Positions 61,010 through 64,000 of a stretch of DNA of 64,000 nucleotides are shown piece after piece. The stretch is from contig CAZXFH010000011.1 in assembly GCA_964640055.1 (NCBI GenBank), positions 1,886 through 65,885 on the forward strand. Direction: 5' to 3'. How positions within the stretch are numbered: position 1 is the first letter of the stretch; each line of letters begins with the position of its first letter. Below the pieces are notes generated by a model that worked only from the letters and a program-made list of their open reading frames with translations, made no database searches and was not told the DNA's origin. This stretch comes from an uncultured bacterium. Its GTDB lineage: Bacteria; Fidelibacterota; UBA2242; JAFGTP01. The translations under genes were made by a program, and so were the position numbers.

Positions 61010-62221
61010 ATGGCAGCTGAATCACAAAAGAAAAAAATCCTTTTTGTTGATGATGAAGAGCGGGTATTATCCGGATTAAAGCGACTCCTGCATGCTCAGC
61101 AAGAAAAATGGCAAATGCGATTTACCAACAGCGGACAGGACGCTTTTCAAATCATGGCAGAAGAGGATATTGATCTGATTGTTACCGATCTGCGGATGCC
61201 GGATGTTGATGGAATCGAGTTACTTAAAAGGATCAAAGCCGCCTATCCGACTGTATTACGAATCGGTCTGAGCGGGACAGCCGATGAACATTTAAATCTG
61301 GCCGCACTGCATTTGGTCCACCAGTATTTGCCCAAACCATGTCAGCGCGATACTTTAATTGCCACACTGGAACGAAGCATTGCATTGAAAAATGTCATGG
61401 AAAACGAAAGTCTGAAGGAAATAATTCCCCAACTGACCACCCTTCCCAGTCTTCCGGCTATGTATTATGAAATTATTGACCAAGTAAATTCCGAAGATTC
61501 CTCTATTCGTGATATCGGAAAGATTGTTTCTAAAGATATCAGTATGAGTACCAAGGTGCTACAGCTGATCAATTCCGCTTATTTTGGCATGCGCCGGGAG
61601 GTCACCGATCCGATTCAAGCGGTCATATTTTTGGGATTAAATACGATCAAATCCTTGGTATTAACTATTAAAATTTTTGCCAGCTTTGAAGAAAATAATA
61701 TTGATCCGGAATATATTAATCAGCTGTGGAGCCATAGTTTAACCGTTGCCAATTATACCCAGGCCATTGCCAAAGCAGAAAACCTGCCCAGAGATGATCT
61801 GAACGATTATCTAACGGCAGGACTTCTCCATGATGTGGGAAAATTGGTTATTGCAGCCAATTTCCCCCAGGAATTCCAACAGATCTTTGCCCGCTCAGAA
61901 GGCAACGGTCAATCACTATTAAAGGCTGAAAAAGATGTCTTGGGCTCAACACACAGTGAGATTGGCGCCTATCTTTTGGGATTATGGGGACTGCCCACTC
62001 CCCTTATTTCCAGTTGTGCCTTCCATCACTACCCTGAAAGATATAAATCATCACAGCTCGGCATTGTGAATGTTGTACACGCCGCTGATGTGATTGAGCA
62101 TCAGCAGCGAAACAGGGAGACATCCAAGCCCGAGCATCAATTCAAACACGCCTACTTTGAGTCCCTGAATTTAAACGAACAGCTGGAGAGTTGGGAGGAA
62201 TTGTGCTCTAACTTGGAATAA
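61010..62221 (+). CDS. REC-HDOD domain response regulator
   Basis: FVDDE/DLRMP REC; LPSLP, L.LINSAYFG, W.HS, GLLHDVGK, H.EIGAYLL.LWGLP. Confidence 0.95.
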   Translation: MAAESQKKKILFVDDEERVLSGLKRLLHAQQEKWQMRFTNSGQDAFQIMAEEDIDLIVTDLRMPDVDGIELLKRIKAAYPTVLRIGLSGTADEHLNLAALHLVHQYLPKPCQRDTLIATLERSIALKNVMENESLKEIIPQLTTLPSLPAMYYEIIDQVNSEDSSIRDIGKIVSKDISMSTKVLQLINSAYFGMRREVTDPIQAVIFLGLNTIKSLVLTIKIFASFEENNIDPEYINQLWSHSLTVANYTQAIAKAENLPRDDLNDYLTAGLLHDVGKLVIAANFPQEFQQIFARSEGNGQSLLKAEKDVLGSTHSEIGAYLLGLWGLPTPLISSCAFHHYPERYKSSQLGIVNVVHAADVIEHQQRNRETSKPEHQFKHAYFESLNLNEQLESWEELCSNLE

Positions 62222-62373
62222 GAATCCTCTGAAAAAGACCAGTTCAGATTAATTTATAGGTTTCAGGAAAATTCGTTTTTTTACATTTAATGAATAATTT
62301 CAATCGTTAATGCAGGTCGATCAACAAATATGTCTATTGTTGAAAGACTCTTACTGACCGGGAAAAATGTATC

Positions 62374-62892
62374 ATGAATGATCGTCGGATTCAAGACCAG
62401 AACAGGCATCTGTCAGAAAAAGCCTATCATTTGCAACCGGGATACATTTATTTTAGTTCAAAAGACTCCGCCATCCGATCCGTCGTGGGCAGCTGTGTGG
62501 CGGTCTGTCTATGGGACAAGAAATTAAAACAGGGGGGTATGAACCATTTCTTATATCCCGTAACCAAAAATCCTGATGAGGCGACACCCAAATATGGTAA
62601 TGTGGCCACTATAGCGCTGGTGCAGCTAATGGAAGAAGCCGGTAGCCAGTGTGAGAACATGGTTGCACAGATCGTAGGGGGCGCCTCCCCCAGCAAAAAC
62701 GCGGATGATATTGGTATGCAAAATGTCTTCATAGCCCGCACCGTTCTTGAAAAAAGGGATATCAATATTATCTCCAGTGATACCGGCGGAAATATGGGAC
62801 GTAAAATAATATTTGACCTGCGAACCGGTCATCTAATAGTGGTCAAGGTACACAAATTAAGAGCATCGGACTGGGTTAGGCCCCATGATTAA
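62374..62892 (+). CDS. cheD: Chemoreceptor glutamine deamidase CheD
   Basis: GSCVAVCLWD, GGMNHF, KYG, IG.QN, DTGG..GR motifs. Confidence 0.95.
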   Translation: MNDRRIQDQNRHLSEKAYHLQPGYIYFSSKDSAIRSVVGSCVAVCLWDKKLKQGGMNHFLYPVTKNPDEATPKYGNVATIALVQLMEEAGSQCENMVAQIVGGASPSKNADDIGMQNVFIARTVLEKRDINIISSDTGGNMGRKIIFDLRTGHLIVVKVHKLRASDWVRPHD

Positions 62893-62943
62893 GGGTAAAG
62901 CATTATGGTTAAAAAAAGAAACTTACCGTGAAAGGTAACAGCA

Positions 62944-63747
62944 TTGGATAAAAAAACTTTTAATGAAATTCGCACTATTGTTTACAACAAAAGCGGGATC
63001 TCCATTTCAGAGAAAAAAGTCGCTTTGGTATCTGCCCGGGTTCGCAAACGAATGCAGGCCCTTGATATTAGTGCCTATGATAAATATTTAAAGTATCTGA
63101 AACAGGATAAAAGTAAAAATGAACTGGTGAAATTGCTGGATGTAATCTCGACCAATGTAACCCATTTCTTCCGGGAGTCGGAGCATTTCAATTTCCTAAC
63201 TCAGGTGATCAAAGAATGGCAAGCAGCGGGCCAGAATAAATTCCGGTTTTGGAGCGCGGCCTGTTCAACTGGCGAAGAACCTTATACGATGGCAATAACA
63301 CTGTTGGAGGCCTTGAACAGCCGGCGGGTTGATCTGAAAATTCTGGCTACTGATCTTTCCACCCATGTGCTGGCACAAGCAATCAACGGGATTTATCCTG
63401 AAAAAAAAGTAAAAACCATCCCCGCAGAGCTCCTGAAGAAATATTTTACAAATGATAAGAACGGTGATCAACAACAATACCTAGTAAAAGACAATTTAAA
63501 AAAACTGATCATTTTTAGACGACTGAATCTATCCGAGCCGCCCTTCCCTATGAAAAATTACCTGGACTTGATCTTTTGCCGCAATGTTATGATCTATTTT
63601 GATGCATATCACCGTAAAAACCTAATCAAGGAATTATACCGGTTAATAAAGCCCGGGGGATATCTTATCGTGGGTCACTCAGAGAGTATAACCGGTTTCA
63701 AAAGCGATTTTAAAGTGATAAGGCCTTCAATTTATATGAAAGAATAA
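62944..63747 (+). CDS. cheR: Chemotaxis methyltransferase CheR (full length)
   Basis: CheR_N helix region, TNVTHFFRE, WSAACSTGEEPY, FCRNVMIYF, GHSE. Confidence 0.97.
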   Translation: MDKKTFNEIRTIVYNKSGISISEKKVALVSARVRKRMQALDISAYDKYLKYLKQDKSKNELVKLLDVISTNVTHFFRESEHFNFLTQVIKEWQAAGQNKFRFWSAACSTGEEPYTMAITLLEALNSRRVDLKILATDLSTHVLAQAINGIYPEKKVKTIPAELLKKYFTNDKNGDQQQYLVKDNLKKLIIFRRLNLSEPPFPMKNYLDLIFCRNVMIYFDAYHRKNLIKELYRLIKPGGYLIVGHSESITGFKSDFKVIRPSIYMKE

Positions 63748-63758
63748 GAGGATAAGAC

Positions 63759-64000
63759 ATGGAAAAAAAGATAATTTTTGTAGACGACGAAAAAGATTTA
63801 CTGGAATTATATCGAGAGATGTTCGAAGACAAGGAATACATCATATATACGGAAAGTGATCCAATTAAGGCTTTGGATACAATTTACAAGGAACGTATCC
63901 AGGTAATGTTTTTCGATCTCAAGATGCCAGGCATGAATGGAATTGAATTGTGTCAAAAAATCCGCAGTAAAAATAAAATCGCCATCATTAATGCCATTAC
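63759..64000 (+). CDS. Response regulator receiver protein (partial, runs off the window)
   Basis: MEKKIIFVDDE...FFDLKMPGMNGIEL translated by hand; no stop before the edge. Confidence 0.88.
   Translation, partial: MEKKIIFVDDEKDLLELYREMFEDKEYIIYTESDPIKALDTIYKERIQVMFFDLKMPGMNGIELCQKIRSKNKIAIINAI

Noticed and set aside
1-64000. CRISPR arrays, tRNA/rRNA, IS elements, prophage, or an injectisome-type T3SS
   Set aside because: No spaced repeats, RNA-gene signatures or transposase/integrase ORFs seen; rod, hook, ring and stator genes show the system is flagellar.

Overview
Bacterial, AT-rich, densely coding motility island from a diderm organism (L- and P-ring genes present). Bases ~349-45055 on the minus strand hold a nearly complete flagellar supercluster: cheY-cheZ-hyp-fapA-two receiver proteins-a sigma54 activator; flgBC-hyp-fliEFGHIJ-motE-like; fliK-flgD-flagellar operon protein-flgE-motAB; fliLMY/N-OPQR-flhBAFG-fliA plus hypotheticals and two sensor-kinase-like genes; flgFGAHIJNKL-fliW-csrA. 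Bases ~45630-64000 on the plus strand hold a divergent chemosensory cluster: cheA-cheW-short cheR-MCP-OM beta-barrel-STAS-like-YfiR-like-MCP-two REC-kinases-HDOD-cheD-cheR-partial REC. I did not recognise fliC, fliD, fliS, flgM or cheB, nor any rRNA, tRNA, CRISPR or mobile element. Most notable features read from the DNA: (1) five sigma54-type promoters, four with a non-canonical TTGA -12 box, each with an upstream 13-bp palindrome GGAAAwTATTTCC; (2) a two-hairpin leader with an anti-Shine-Dalgarno sequence in front of flgE, directly after a gene of unknown function; (3) a cheR that appears to start at an ATC codon; (4) a beta-barrel/YfiR-like/MCP module; (5) unusual substitutions in FlhB, FlhF/FlhG, FliY and FlgH. 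All protein calls come from recognising motifs by eye; no database searches were run.
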